Shown: one piece after another, positions 1 to 12,909 of the stretch | Layout of the letters: the number at the start of each line of letters is the position of its first letter | Position numbering within the stretch: position 1 is the stretch's first letter | Origin: Klebsormidium nitens | Lineage: Eukaryota; Plantae; Klebsormidiophyceae | Reading direction: 5' to 3' | Assembly (NCBI GenBank): GCA_000708835.1 | Contig: DF236966.1 | Span: 186,001 to 250,000, forward strand | Length of the DNA: 64,000 nt | Notes under the pieces: model-generated | The model's input: only the letters and a program-made list of their open reading frames with translations | What the model was told of the DNA's origin: nothing | The model's database searches: none | Made by a program: the position numbers and the translations under genes

Positions 1-315
1 ATGCGGACTCAAGCTAGAGGACTCAAGCTGAATAGGGCTAGACACAGACCTCCTCATGAACAGTACTAGGAGTGGGCCACTTGTGCCTCACCTTTTGTGC
101 GAAGTACCGCCACTGATCTACGACGATCTTTGCTAGCCGCTTTCTATGGCGCCGCACCGCCCTGAAAGAGGCACGTTACATCAGCGAAGATCAGCAAATG
201 TGTCCTTTCCTGAGAAATCAGTTTGTAAGAAAGGAAACGATGCGTATAGCTGTCACCTCTCACAATATCTTTGGCGACCATCGTTCATGACCTGGTAGTG
301 GCAGGCCATCGGTTT

Positions 316-1025
316 ACGGAGTGCCTCCCAAATGCAACCGCTGCAATTGGTCGAGCGTCCTTGGAACAAGAGGTGTTGAGCTTGGGGCCTATGACTTGAT
401 GCCGCATTGCACGACGTCAGATTGTCGAGGCACTCAGGAGTAGGAGAAAATCAGGCTGCCAGTTCATTGAGCACCCCACCTTTTCTCCTCCTCAATCAGC
501 CGTAAGGCCGTTGGACCCAATGCCACTGGTTGGGACTTTGGCCCTGTCTTGACCGGCACTGCAAGAATGCCCTGAGGCTCCTTTGGCAGCTGTAGATTGC
601 CCTTGAGTGGACCGCTCTTGACACGAGTGGGTGCTTTTGTGACAACCACTTGTGCCCTCTGCTTGGAGCCATGTGTTGAGCTGGCAATCTGCCAGTCGCA
701 CCAACTTGCCAGCGTCAGATATCACTTCCTGATTTTCAAAAAGCTTAGCAAGTTCAAGAAGTATCAATCCCTGCAATTACAAGGTCTTACAGAATCATTC
801 AGCATTTTACCCAGACAATTGATTGGGTGAAGATTGTCTGCAGAAGCTCAGCACTAGGCTGAAAGGAGGAATCAGCCGATTTGCAAAACAAACAAACGCA
901 ACATGCTGCAACTGATATTGTGCAACGAGACATACCGGCGCGACGTCGCCTCCGTGAATCGTCATCTGCGATTCTTCATTGTGCAATTGCCTCCGCCGAT
1001 CATCCCCACTTCCGTGCCACCGCAA
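316..1025 (-). CDS. Possible uncharacterised multi-exon gene (fragmentary model)
   Basis: Open exon-like segments flanked by AG/GT, e.g. ~690-483 (IASSTHGSKQRAQVVVTKAPTRVKSGPLKGNLQLPKEPQG...LIEEEK) and ~1020-935. No recognisable domain; start and end uncertain. Confidence 0.25.
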
Positions 1026-1626
1026 CTTAACACAGCACTCTCAAGCTAGGTTTTTTCACCAGTGCGCCTAATCCTATGTAGTATGCACTTTCAGCGGCTC
1101 ATGCCAGTGGGCTGTCCAGCGAAGCCCCGCATGGACGCCACCATTTTGACGGTCGAAGTCTTCCAGTAAACCACATAGTGTCGTATGAACAGAAAACTCT
1201 TCCCAATCCCATGCATGCACCCTTCTACTACTAGCTGCTCAGTGCTGAGAGCGTCGTTTGAAAGCTCGAGGTAACCGTCGCCACCGGACGCCCAGGATGC
1301 AATCCGATCCTACCGTACGGTTCAAAACTCATCGTTCCAGTCGCGAGACCTGGTTACCCGGATAGTTAACGAGCTCTTAACCAGATAGGTTAATGCGAGC
1401 GTGCAAGAGTAGAATTCTGAAGGGGTCTCTATATACTTAGAGTATACTATCTCTTTATACTTGGAGTCTTACGAAGAGCTTTGGTTGAGCCTGAGGCGCA
1501 AGCTTGCTTTAATGTGGCTTTAATAGGCTCGTAGAGGAGTTCGTTGTGATGATGTGCGTCTTCATGTAGGCATGGGGTTTGGTCCTTGAACTCAGCGACC
1601 GCTGCTCAAGAAACTGTGGGCCAGCG

Positions 1627-4600
1627 ATGCGGCGCCCCATTCTGTTGAGAAAGATGGGGCTCCACTTGGATCGCTGGAGGAACGCCTATCCCTTTGTGGT
1701 TGTGCTCTGCGTTTTCCTTTTGACTTTGAGTTTCCTGATAGCTGTGAAGGGCCAGGAAGCAAGTCCGGATGTGGATGATGGGTTGCCAAGAGAAGAGGCT
1801 TTGGCGTTGGCTGTGACAAGGTAATCCTGACTTGTCTGCAGCATGGCCCGCTCAAGATAATTGTGCTTATCTTGAGTTCCACATTGTGAATATGTGAGTT
1901 CAAGAGCCTGCAAGACAAGTTTCTGGTCAACTCTCTAATGAAGTACGATGCGTGAGTCCGTCTTCGTTAGTCGAGAAGCTTGGCGGACATGCTGAAATGA
2001 TGAATTTCCACCAATGATGAGTTTGCACCACTTCACAGTGTTCAGGAGTGCAGGTGGTCGGGCAGTGATCAAAACCCTAGATTTTTTTGTATTAAAGCAC
2101 TCATGCAAGCTGAACAGTTTGCTGCATTGATAATATGCGAGGTCCACTTACTGCAGCCCACATTTGATGAAAAGTTACTAAACATGGAGCCCTTTTATCC
2201 TGCCACCACCGACATGCTGTTCAGGGATGGTTGATTGAACATGGTGGTACTTGTTCGTCAATGTGAGTTGTGGCGCTTGACTGAGCATTTGACTGCAGTC
2301 CAATTTTCTTAAGAGAGTTTCAAACAAGCTTCCCTGACTCAGACTTGCTGTTCTTGATAGGATCAACCCAAAGGTTTTCATCTCGACGTTTGAACAATGT
2401 GACAACACCTACCAGCAGCCTGGACCTTCTCAGCAGATTGACCGCTATAAGCACTTTCCTATCCTTGTGCAGACCGGAGAGCACCCTCCTAGTTGCCGTC
2501 CTCGATGGTTCACTCCACGCCCTTGACGCCGACACGGGCGAGCTTAAGTGGTCCTTCTCTAGTGGACCGCCCCTGGTGTCAGCTTCACGGAGGCACAATG
2601 CAGTGCAGCGTGCGGATGAGGACAGGCTGGGAGAGCCGGCGGAGAGCGAGAAGGTGGAGGAAGAAGAGGAGGGGATGGTGTTTCCAGGGGCGGACGGCGC
2701 TCTGTATGCGTACAGGCGGGGCCACGGAGTGCAGGTGCGGAACCATGCATGGAATTTTGAGTGGAGCGCCATTAGGTCGCTCTGACAGCACAATTCAGTC
2801 GGCTGACGTTCATGTGTGTTGATTCCTCCAAGTGCGGTCCTGGTCCTTTCGGGCGCCTGGTTCCAAGTTCGTCAATAGAAGCGCTGATGTTGCAGACTGT
2901 ATTTGAGATTGATTCATGTTATGGAGCATCATCGCAACCACAGGCTGAGATCTGCTGATCTTTGGCCAAGTGGGGAGTGAAGCATGGCAGTTGGTGAATC
3001 GATTTTGGGTTTGCCCAAGCAGTAGAGGTATTTCTGGTTGTTCTGTGTAAAGCGTGGCTGAAGAAAGCTTGTAGGGTCCTTGGCTTGCTTCGGTGAAGGA
3101 CGGACAGACTCTGGCCGAGCTTTGGTTGAATATCACAATGAAAGTTTGGAGTTTGTCATATCAAAGTTTATGGTTATCCTTAATTGATCCTTGACTGATT
3201 CTTGATCTTGCTTATTGACTAATCCTTGGCTGATGCTGAATCTTGGCTAGCCCCTCGCTACTCTATGATTCTTCTTCGGTTGACCCTCGATTGATTCTTG
3301 GCTGGTTTATGACTGACCCACGGTTACAATAGTCCTTGACTTATGCTTGCCTTACCCTTGATTGATCATTAATGATACTTGGCTGAAGTATGACCACGTA
3401 TTTCTTCCCCCTTCATAATGGATAGTGAAGTAATTCATGACTGATTCGTTGCCGGTCGTGTCTGGTGCTTTATTAGTGCTAGCTGATCGTCCTGTAAATA
3501 GTGGCTGATCTGGATTGATCCTCAAATCTTTTTTTGTCTGCTCCGAAGCCAGTTCTTTAAAATTCGCCCCAGTCCTCGATTCTCCCTTGCTCATCCTTGG
3601 CAAGTCCTTGACTGATACTCCGGCCAAGTTTTGACGACCTCTGGCTGGCCGTTGGTTGACTGCTGATTGGTCCTTCACCATACTACGATAACACCTTTTC
3701 AGATCTAGCTGCCTTTTGGCTGACCATGTGCTGGTCTCGACCGATTTCGGTTGACTCTTGGCCTATTGTTCTATGTTTTCTGACTGACATAAAGCTTTTT
3801 CTTGTCTATCTTGGCATCATTAGTCCTCATCGTTCATTAGCCAAAGCTGAGCCTGTCGTTGACGACTCCTTGCCGGTCCTGCCATTTATCTCGATCGCTC
3901 ATGTTTCCGGGCTGGTCTCTCGTGCTTAATAATCATAGCGTAGACGTTGACCGAGTTGATGTATCCGGGGGCCTTTGTTAGCTAAGGAACGGCTTGTCCG
4001 GGGCCTGATCGTGGTTTTGTCCAAAGACTGTTCATGGCGCATTTTTGGCGGGTTCATGATTGTCTTTGGCCGATTCGTTGCTCCTATCCGCTGATATTTG
4101 GGTCGTTTCCAGCCTAGTAGTCTTTGTGTTGGAGGCGCATCCTTGGCTATTCGACGGCTCAGCCTCTGCAGTTTCGTGGCTCATCCTTGGCAACTCGATA
4201 GCACATTTTCAGCCAAACGTAGCTGATCTCTGTCTCATTGGTGACTTAACCTCGGGTTATTGGCGGCCACTTCGTGGCTTATCCTCGACTGGTTTACGGC
4301 TCATCGTCGACTCATTTTGTGGCTCATCCTCGGCTGACTTTTGGCTCAGTCCTCGGCTCGTTTTTGGCTCATTCGTGGCTCATTAGTGGCTCAACATTGC
4401 CGATCTCGTGGCTCACCCTTGGCTAAGCTTTGGCTCANNNNNNNNNNNNNNNNNNNNCCCTCGGCTAAGCTGTGACTCACCCTCGGCTAATCTGTGGCTC
4501 ATCCTCGGCTAATCTTTGGCTCACCCTCCGCTAATCTCTGGCTCACCCTCGGCTAATCTCTGGCTCACCCTCGGCTAATCTTTGGCCCACCCTCGGCTAA

Positions 4601-7600
4601 GCTTTGGCTCATCCTCGGCTAATCTTTGGCTCACCCTCGGCTAATCTCTGGCTCACCTCTGGCTCACCCTCGGCTAATCTCTGGCTCACCTCTGGCTCAC
4701 CCTCGGCTAATCTCTGGCTCATCCTCGGCTAATCTTTGGCTCATCCTCGGCTACTTGATGGCCCATCCTCGGCTTTTCGTGACTCCCCCCTCGATCCACC
4801 CTTTGTTCATTCTGACTCATTGTCAGATGCTCGGTTGGTTCTTGAGTGGCATAAGGCCCAATTGTGGCTGTCTCATGGCAGACTCCAGGACCATTCTCGG
4901 CCTGGTTTCTGGCTCGGAAAAATTCGCGAATCCCGTTTATATTGTTGCCCCTTGGCCGTCCCTTCTTGCATCCGAAATTACCTTATCTTTGGCGCACCTT
5001 CAGCTTAAGCGGAGGGGTCGATCTTTCTTATCAGGGACTTGCGTTGATCAACCGATGTCCTATCCAAGTTTCAGAGGAAAACGCTCCTAGAAAGATCCTC
5101 AGACGCTCCGCAGTAACGCTCGGCCTCTCACCCCGCAGAAGCTGCCCATCACCGCGCGAGAACTGGTCCAGGCGTCCCCCTCCATGACGCATGACGGGGG
5201 CATCGTGGTCGGCGCACGGCAGTCCACCGTCTTCATGGTCGACGCCGCCTCCGGGAAGCTGCTCAAGAAGTTTGACGCCAGCACCGGGACGTTTGAGGCC
5301 GTCGATGGAGGCGATCTGACGGCTCCGGATGATTTGAAAGTGGGGGAGGTGGACGAGTGCATTTACGTGGGGGAGCAGGAGGAGCTCGAGCAGCCGGACC
5401 ATGCAGACAGGGCGGCCGAGGTGGCGGCGGAGGGGCCGTCCGGTAAGGGAGTGCGAGTCGGACGCTTCTTATCTGAGCGAACCTGCACTGAGACTCAATA
5501 CGCTTGGGCAAGAATATGCCAGCGGAGTGAAAGCGAAAGAAACATCGTATACTCTGTCGGAGTTTTACTCGTCCCATGCGGGTGCGTGACTGGGTAGAGG
5601 TTGTGCTCGATTTGTACGATTGCAAAGGCTTGGACTCGCGTTCGTGTCATGTCGCCGAAGAAAATTTAGTCTGACCAAGACCTAAAGCTGCCGCCGTCCT
5701 CATTGCGCCTCTCCTGACAGTCACACGTTTGGGATTACGTTCAAAAACAACCTCTCAATGAAGCTTCGTCGCCTTTCCCAGGCATGAGCTGCCAGCACCG
5801 CCCCCTCTTCGTCGTGCGCACCGACTACAACGTCAAGTCCATGGACGCCGTCTCCGGCCTCGAGCGCTGGAACCTGAGCATGGGCGAACTGTCGACGCTC
5901 TACAACCCGGCTGCCTGGCGTTTCCCGACCGGCAGCCTGCCCCCCCCGGTCGTAAAAGACGAGCCTCACATACAGACGTCCACTGGTCGGGGGAGCAAAG
6001 TTTCTGACCCGAGCGTCGGGGCGGGGGCGGTCAAGGAGCTGCCGGAGGGGCGGGGGATGAACCTGGAAGGTGGCCAGGACAATTCGCTTAGAAGGTGGGT
6101 GGTTTCCAAAGAAGGGTCTGGGCACGCAAATCTTGTTTGGTTGCTGCTTGAATCTGGTATTTCAGTCCGCAGACCCCTTATGATGAGCTGCTTTTGGCCT
6201 GCTTGCTCGTACCAGATAGGAAAAAGCGATAATCATTCCTGCGGGTTGGATGCGTTTCTTGCTGTGCAAGGAGTAGTTGGTAACTTGTACAGCGGTAGAG
6301 CTGATCAAGGTATGTTTCGTGCTGGAAAATCGCTTTTTCTGCCAGAATGAATACTTTTGCACGTTGTGATCATCACAACCTTACCTTTCCTTCTTCGCCT
6401 TGGTATCTCCTGCGGGTTCGCCAAAACCTGTCCGGTGTCTGCTTTTGAATTACGCTGTGCTGGCAATATGTGAAGAGCTTCCATTTGATCCAACACCAAT
6501 CTACAACTCGTCCCGTAGTCTCCTCCACGTGAGTTTTTCCTCCGCTCTCGCCGATGGCAAATCTTTTGACATTACACCCCCGTTTCTGCAGACTCGACTC
6601 GACTGCCGAGGGCGAGCAATGGCGGGTCGTCTTCCCGGCCCCCCCGGTCGCCGTTTTCAGTCCCACCGGGGAGCTCCTTCAGGAGCTCGTCCCCAGCCGA
6701 AGAGGCCCTGCTGACAGGAGCCCGGGTTGGGGTAGACTCACTGGAAAAGCCATGGCAGTGAGAGACAACCCAAATACAGGGCCTCTCCAGTTGCCTGCGC
6801 CGATCGTCGTCCAAGAGGAGCGAAAAGCGGAGGGAGTGCCCGGGGATTGTAACCCGGGGGATTGGTGGTGCTCTTCTCCGGTTTCTTCTTTCAACTCCGG
6901 AGGGGGAGGGGAGAGGGGCGGCGAGGTCGGTCGGAAACGGGAACCGGGTTGGTTAGGCGCGGTTACGAGTGCGGTTTCGTACGTGTTAGTGGTGGTCGTC
7001 GTAGGGTTGGGGAGCTGGTACGGGCGCTCGGCGTATGGGTTGTGGCTCGAGCGGAAGGGTAAGAACGAGAATGGGGGGGTGGTTTCGGAGGCGAAGAAGA
7101 CCCCCAAGAAGAAGAAGGCGCGGAAGAATCCTTCTGGGGGGAACGATGCGGCTGCAAACGGGACGCACTCGGGGGAGGGAAAGGAGCTAACTATTAGCGC
7201 ACGGAAGGAGGGGGGAGGGTTAACGGATGGGTTAAGGGTGGGTCGGTTGAAAGTTAGCAGCAAAATTATAGGTTACGGAAGTCACGGGACGCTTGTTTTG
7301 GAAGGCGAGCTGGAGGGGCGCCAGGTCGCGGTCAAGCGGCTGCTGGGGCAGTTCTACGAGAAGGCCACGAAAGAGATTGCCAACCTAGTTATCTCGGACG
7401 AGCACCCGAACGTCGTCCGGTGCTACGCGATGGAAGAAGACGGCGACTTTGTGTACGTCGCCCTCGAGCGGTGCAAGCTCAGCGTGTTTGATCTGATCCA
7501 GGGGGACGAAACGCCTGCCAGCGGCGACCCCCCGGCGAGCCGAGCACCTCCGGGGGGGTGCGAAATGGCAGGGCCCGGAGGGGGGCGAAAGGGGAGGAGT

Positions 7601-10095
7601 GGGTCCTTTGGGACGAACGGGATCGCCCCACGGAAACGCTGCAGCGGCTGTTGAAAGATATGGTGTCCGGGCTTGCGCATTTGCATGCGCTTGGGATCGT
7701 GCATCGGGATCTGAAGCCGCAGAACGTGCTGATAAGCGTGGCGGGGCGCGCGAAGCTGTCGGATATGGGCATCAGCAAGCGGCTGCTGGACGAGCAGAGC
7801 TCCTTCGACCCGCATGCAACGGGTGAAGGGGTCGCTTATCATTTATGCTCACACTCAAATATCAAGATTGTTGCGATATGCATTTCTCAAGATTCATATG
7901 GGACGGCCAGACTGTTCGAGAACCAAGAGAAGATTCGGTAGACGACAGAATCAATTTGAGCCAGGAAAACTGAACACTTCAAAGGGCGACAGAAAGTTTC
8001 GGCAAATCAGCGAGACACGCTGCCAAATGGTTCGCCTCCACAACGTGTGCCAAACGGTCACTGGGGATGTTTTGGATGCTCTTGCCTCCGGTCGGGAATT
8101 GCCTTGATTCCTTCCTTCTCCGCATCTTGGCGTTTCGCTTCTCCTGCTCAACGTCGAAAGCAACATGGTCAATTCCTTTGTGACATCTTTACGACGCCAA
8201 AATCGGGTGGCAGGCCCCGGAGCAGCTGCTTCACGGGTCAACATCGAAAGCAACATATCCATCAAACTTTCAGTCGTTCCCGATGTCGATCCTTCTCAGG
8301 AGCCGGGAGCCGCGGGTGGCAGGCCCTGGAGCAACTGTTGCACAGTCGCCTCCCATCTCGGGGCCTGTAATTCCTGCTTCGACGTCGTAAGCATTATGGC
8401 TCATCAGAACCTCACTTCATTTCGACTCTCACCAGGCGCGGGAAGCAGCGGGGGGCAGGCCCTGGAGCAGCTGCTGCACGGGCGGCAAACGCACCCCCCC
8501 AAGCGCCGGCTCTGCATCGAAAGCAACATACCTAACAGCAAACTCACTTGTTTTCGACGTCGATCCTCGCCAGGTGCCGGGAGCAGCGGGTGGCAGGCCC
8601 CCGAGCAGTTGCTGCATGGGCGGCAGACGCGCGCGGTGGACCTCTTCTCGCTCGGCTGCGTCCTCTTCTTCTGCATCACGGGCGGGCGGCACCCGTTTGG
8701 CGAGCGCTTCGAGCGCGACAGCAACGTGCTGAAAGGCGAGCCCGACCTGTGGCCGCTCCAGCACATGCCCGAGGCCGCGCACCTCGTCGGGGCGCTGCTG
8801 CGGACGGACCCCCTGGAGCGGTGAGGGGGGGATGCTTACATGCTTTGGTTGGTCGTTGAAGCTGTGTGAAGTCCAGCGCCGACTTTCGTGCTCTTTCGAG
8901 AACCCTGGTTCGCTTGTGAGCGGGGCCACCTCGCCTTCGGGCCTGATACGTTGCTCTGTCATCTCGGCCCCCAGGCCAGGCCTAGAAGGCCTCCGCACGC
9001 ATCTCTCCACAGAGTCGTCACAGAGCAAGCAAACCCGTAAAAGAGTCAGCGCTTTCTCACTAGCTTGCAAGCAATCCCGCTAAATGGATTGCCAATTCTT
9101 TGACTTCGTCACAAGGCGTTACTCACTTCTTTCCAGGCCCACTGCGGAAGAGGCTCTGCTGCACCCCTTCTTCTGGTCTGCCGAGAAGCGCCTCGCGTTC
9201 CTGCGCGACGCGAGCGACCGCGTGGAGCTGGAAGACCGGGAAGAGGGATCCCTCCTGTTGGCGGCGATGGAGAGCGTCGGGCAGAGCGCGGCGATCGGCG
9301 CATGGGACGTGCAACTAGACAAGGCGCTTCTAGAAAACTTGGGGAAGTACCGGCGGTATAACAGCCGCAGCATCCGGGATTTGTTGCGGGTCATCCGCAA
9401 CAAGTGCAATCATTACCGGGAGCTCCCGCAGAGCGTCAAGGTGAGGGTAAATATGGGGAAAAGGGTTGAGAGTTGTGATTGGGCATATTATAGTTGGTCA
9501 AAGACCTCATCTTTTGTTGATTGAAGACGTAAGGTTGGAAGTTTTTCCTACTTAAAGACGCATTCTGGGAAGTTTATGAGTTATAAGGAATCGAGAGGGG
9601 GGGCGTGACAAGGGAACGACTCGTCGGCGATGCTCCGGAGTTGCAACTGGCAGAGTCGAACAGAAAATAGACGTGCGCACGTCTCATTCTCAACGGTGCT
9701 GCAGACCTTTCTCCCTTCGGAATTCTTCTGGACGGCTTTTCCGAGTTTGAGACGGCAGTCTGGTTCGCAAATACCATGAACATGTTCTATACCGAGCGAA
9801 AGCGGCAGGAAAACAATCATGTTGCATAAAGTTGCACATTTCCCAAACAGTTTCTCTCAGTCTGGTTTCGTTCCACACTCAACGTGCTCCTAGGTTCTGC
9901 AAGAAGACTCTTTGCTTACTCTTCTGTCGGATGCTGATGCAGGAGCTCCTGGGGCCATTGCCGGACGGTTTTCTTTCATATTTCACCGGCAAGTTTCCCC
10001 ATCTACTCATGGAGGTGTACAAGGTTCTATACACTCACTGCAAACAAGAAGATGTGGTGGGCAAGTATTTTAGAAACGTACATATCCAGGCGTGA
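1627..10095 (+). CDS. IRE1: IRE1 ER-stress sensor: signal peptide, luminal domain, TM helix, Ser/Thr kinase, KEN RNase
   Basis: Exons 1627-1820, 2473-2734, 5139-5442, 5782-6094, 6592-7822, 8574-8820, 9137-9440, 9943-10095, with GT-AG and consistent phases. Luminal motifs TLLVAVLDGSLHALDADTGELKWSF, KLPITARELVQASP, LFVVRTDYNV. TM segment YVLVVVVVGLGSWY. Kinase motifs GYGSHGT, VAVKR, HRDLKPQN, DMG, GSSGWQAPE. KEN motif DLLRVIRNKCNHYRE. One frameshift inside the 6592-7822 exon (see findings). Confidence 0.96.
3190..4770. repeat. 22-bp minisatellite (CCTCGGCTAATCTYTGGCTCAY) with a degenerate upstream extension, in IRE1 intron 2
   Basis: Near-perfect 22-bp units, plus interspersed 11-bp half units, at ~4458-4760. 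Increasingly degenerate 'cttggct/ctcggct...gactcat' periodicity extends back to ~3190. A 20-N assembly gap (4438-4457) lies inside the array. Confidence 0.9.
8153..8573 (+). repeat. Three decayed tandem copies of the intron 3' end plus the head of the IRE1 activation-loop exon
   Basis: Unit CGAAAGCAACAT...CAG|G.GCCGGGAGC.GCGGGTGGCAGGCCC.GGAGCA recurs at ~8153-8237, ~8243-8346 and ~8400-8490 before the real copy at 8517-8610. Confidence 0.9.
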
Positions 10096-10948
10096 GTTTT
10101 GCACGTGTTCACCTAAGATTCTCTGTGTTTGTAAAGGACAGAAACCTATTGGGACCTCAGTTTTGGATGTGCGTTTGGAGTCCTTGAGTGGAGTCCAACA
10201 TACCATAAAACCAGTGCGAACTGTGTATGCTCGTTCATCGGAAGTCTCAAGTGATTGTGGCTGAATAGAGTGACCGTCAGAGCCATTGTACAAAGCCCTG
10301 ATTGTTAGAGCAGTCTGTTCGAAGAGGACTCCGTTGATCATAAGTGGTACCTGACACCACCGAGGTTGCCACATACTCCGGACGGTGCAGTTTCAAAACG
10401 CTGATGCAGCGCACATGGAGCTAGTGCCACAGTTCGAGCTTCTGCCTTCAGTGAACGCGCGATCCGCAGGAACCGGCAACGTGCCGCATGCTACAGCCAT
10501 GACCGTCATATGCACGTGTATATATCGCACTTGAAAGCTAGCTCAGTCGGGCTACTTTAGTTGGACTAGTCGGGCCCCAGCCAGGCGTGGTCAATAGTGC
10601 ACAACCAAGCTAAGGCTGCCCGCAATGATGCGCTTCAAGAATGTGGCAGTGGATTTGAAAGTAAGGCATGTGTAGCCGTCCGGCGGAAGCCAGTTTCTTC
10701 AATTTTGCAGCCGTAGTTGAGCAGTGGTTTAGGAGGACTGAAGAAACCTGTCGCAATCAGGAAGCTCTCAACCATTATGCTCGACTTGCTAGCTTGACAT
10801 AAATGGATCCAGATAAGGCCACAGACCTGCATGGCAGCAAGCAAATTGGTCGTCTAGTACGCAGTTATGGATGACAAAGCATTTTTGTACAGTTCGATCC
10901 TTCCCCCTGACAATGACACGTATACAAGGACCCGGTCTGCGGCAGCGT

Positions 10949-12909
10949 CTATATGCAGCGTGGGAAGTGATGGCCCCCCACGTAGCCACCCGCTAATGAT
11001 CTCTTTACGTTTGACTCAAACTGCCTCGGATTGTCCCGCAATACTTCCGCTGCCTCGTGGTTGAGCGGATCGTCGTGGTTTGGGTCCAGGAAGAGATATT
11101 GCAAGCCATAGATGATGGAGCTGATGCTAAGGACGGGTTTCCAGTCTTCCCTCAGAATATTCAGGCAAACGTTGCCCTCCAGGTCGATGTTTGGGTGGTA
11201 GACCTGGAAAACGAGCAGGCACACAGGTTGAAACGAGGAACATGTACTCAACTCCCCATGACTTGGAACAAGATCTGAACTTCGTGACCTGCTTTTGAGC
11301 TTACAGAAGAGTGAGGGTGAAGATACAGATACGAGAACAAAACAAGTGCAGGTTTTGTGAAAAGTACCGACATTGAGTAGAATGCGGTCGAGATCTTCAA
11401 GATGATGAAGTAAGAACAGAGCCCTCTAAAGAGAGCAAAACCTTGCAAATCAACGGCCTCTCGGTCGACCCTAAACCTCTGAACAAAGGCAGGGCAGTCC
11501 TGACCATTCTCTGCCAAATTCTTAGTGAAGTGATTTCGCCTGGACGGATCATGGTCGGCGAAGGCAACCTACCTTCGTTTTGCACTTCACTTTCGGTGCT
11601 TCGTGAGGATAGATGGTCGGTATCGAAAAGCTGAAGACGAAGGTGCCCCCCCTGAGAGAGACAGAGAAGCAGATTGAGCGAGAAACTGAGGAGTCTACAT
11701 TCCTGCACCTGGAACAGATACTCTTGATGGACAGTTGAAAGGCAACCCCCTTCGTATACATTAAGACATGCTAAGACTTTCTTCCAGGGACAAGTGAACA
11801 ACGTCCTCCAAAGCCTGTCAGAATGTCAGGCTTAGATGGGTCACGGATGCAAGATGTGTCCACATCGATGAGAGCAAATCTGACAATAGAACAAGAAAAA
11901 CTCACGTGTAGTACCCCTCGTCCGGTTTTATCGTGATTTCGAAGTTAAGGAGGTCGTTTTTCCCATTTGGAAAAGTGATTGATGTGGTTTTGCTGAGTAC
12001 CAATTCGCTGATATCTGCAGGAAGAGGGATGGAGTATATCGTTTGTGATGGCTTTTGTGTCCTTAATCTGTGCGATGTGGTGAATGCAAGCGCTTAGCCC
12101 TGATTAGTTCCATACAATCTCTCCATTAAAACCATTCGTGCTAAGATAACTCTCCATCCTAACCACTTTGCAGGATTGCTTAGAAAGAGAAAGAAGCAAT
12201 GGAGTAGAACAAAGATTCAGTGATAGGCTAGCAACCAAGTAAAGGAGGAAGTGTTGCTATGGGTCTGAAGCCCAGAACCACTTGGTGGTCGAATCTTGAC
12301 TCCCCAAGTTGCTCGCTTCTTTCAGCATCGGCAGTTATGAAGCAGCCACACTTCACATCAGATGGCCTTAGGAGCATTGCACTAAACAGCTATGTCCGGC
12401 AGTCAAGCAGACTGCCAATTATAAGCACTGAAAGCGCGCGACGACCAATATGTTGGAACAGCAGAAGTCTTGCAAAAGCCAGCCAAATAACCCTAGCACC
12501 AACTGACAACTTGTCACTACATTGCTGGCTAGCATTCTAAGAATTTATATCAGACTACTGACCTCTGAACGCTGATAAGTGTTTGCTTTGGATAATAGAA
12601 ATCACCGGTTTACAGTCTGCTTGTACCAATATCCTTTTGCTTGAGCTGAAAAAGGTTCAACGGCCTTCTTGGCAGAATTAGGTGCTTTCAGATTAAGAGT
12701 TGCTTGAACACTCCCAGATCAAGTCCAGAACAAAAGAACAACCACCAAAAGCTGGCCAATCAAGGTTACTGGAACATTCCACAAGTCCAAAACAACTCAC
12801 CTTTTTGAACTCGCAACTCTCCTGCAGATTGCTTCTTCACAGGCGGCCGTCCATCATTCGCTTCTTTTGCAGCTTCTTGCTTTTTCTTGAGAGAAAAAAG
12901 GTTGATCAT
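10949..12909 (-). CDS. RCE1: NEDD8/RUB-conjugating E2 enzyme (UBC12/RCE1)
   Basis: Exons 12909-12801, 12014-11906, ~11652-11572, ~11203-10949. [12 protein letters not shown]-terminus, [59 protein letters not shown] with catalytic Cys, [15 protein letters not shown]. Confidence 0.96.

Noticed and set aside
4458-4760. CRISPR-like regular repeat
   Set aside because: Head-to-tail repeats without unique spacers, in a eukaryotic intron.
4626-5090. ORF with AHPRLISGSPL repeats
   Set aside because: Translation of the intronic 22/11-bp minisatellite; it lies within IRE1 intron 2.
7558-7580. 14-nt or 23-nt GT..AG 'micro-introns' that would fix the IRE1 frame
   Set aside because: Far below normal spliceosomal intron size, with no pyrimidine tract; a homopolymer error is simpler.
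11655-11761. Possible echo of the RCE1 exon head ([11 protein letters not shown] vs [12 protein letters not shown])
   Set aside because: Only about half of the nucleotides match over 30 nt; not distinguishable from chance by eye.
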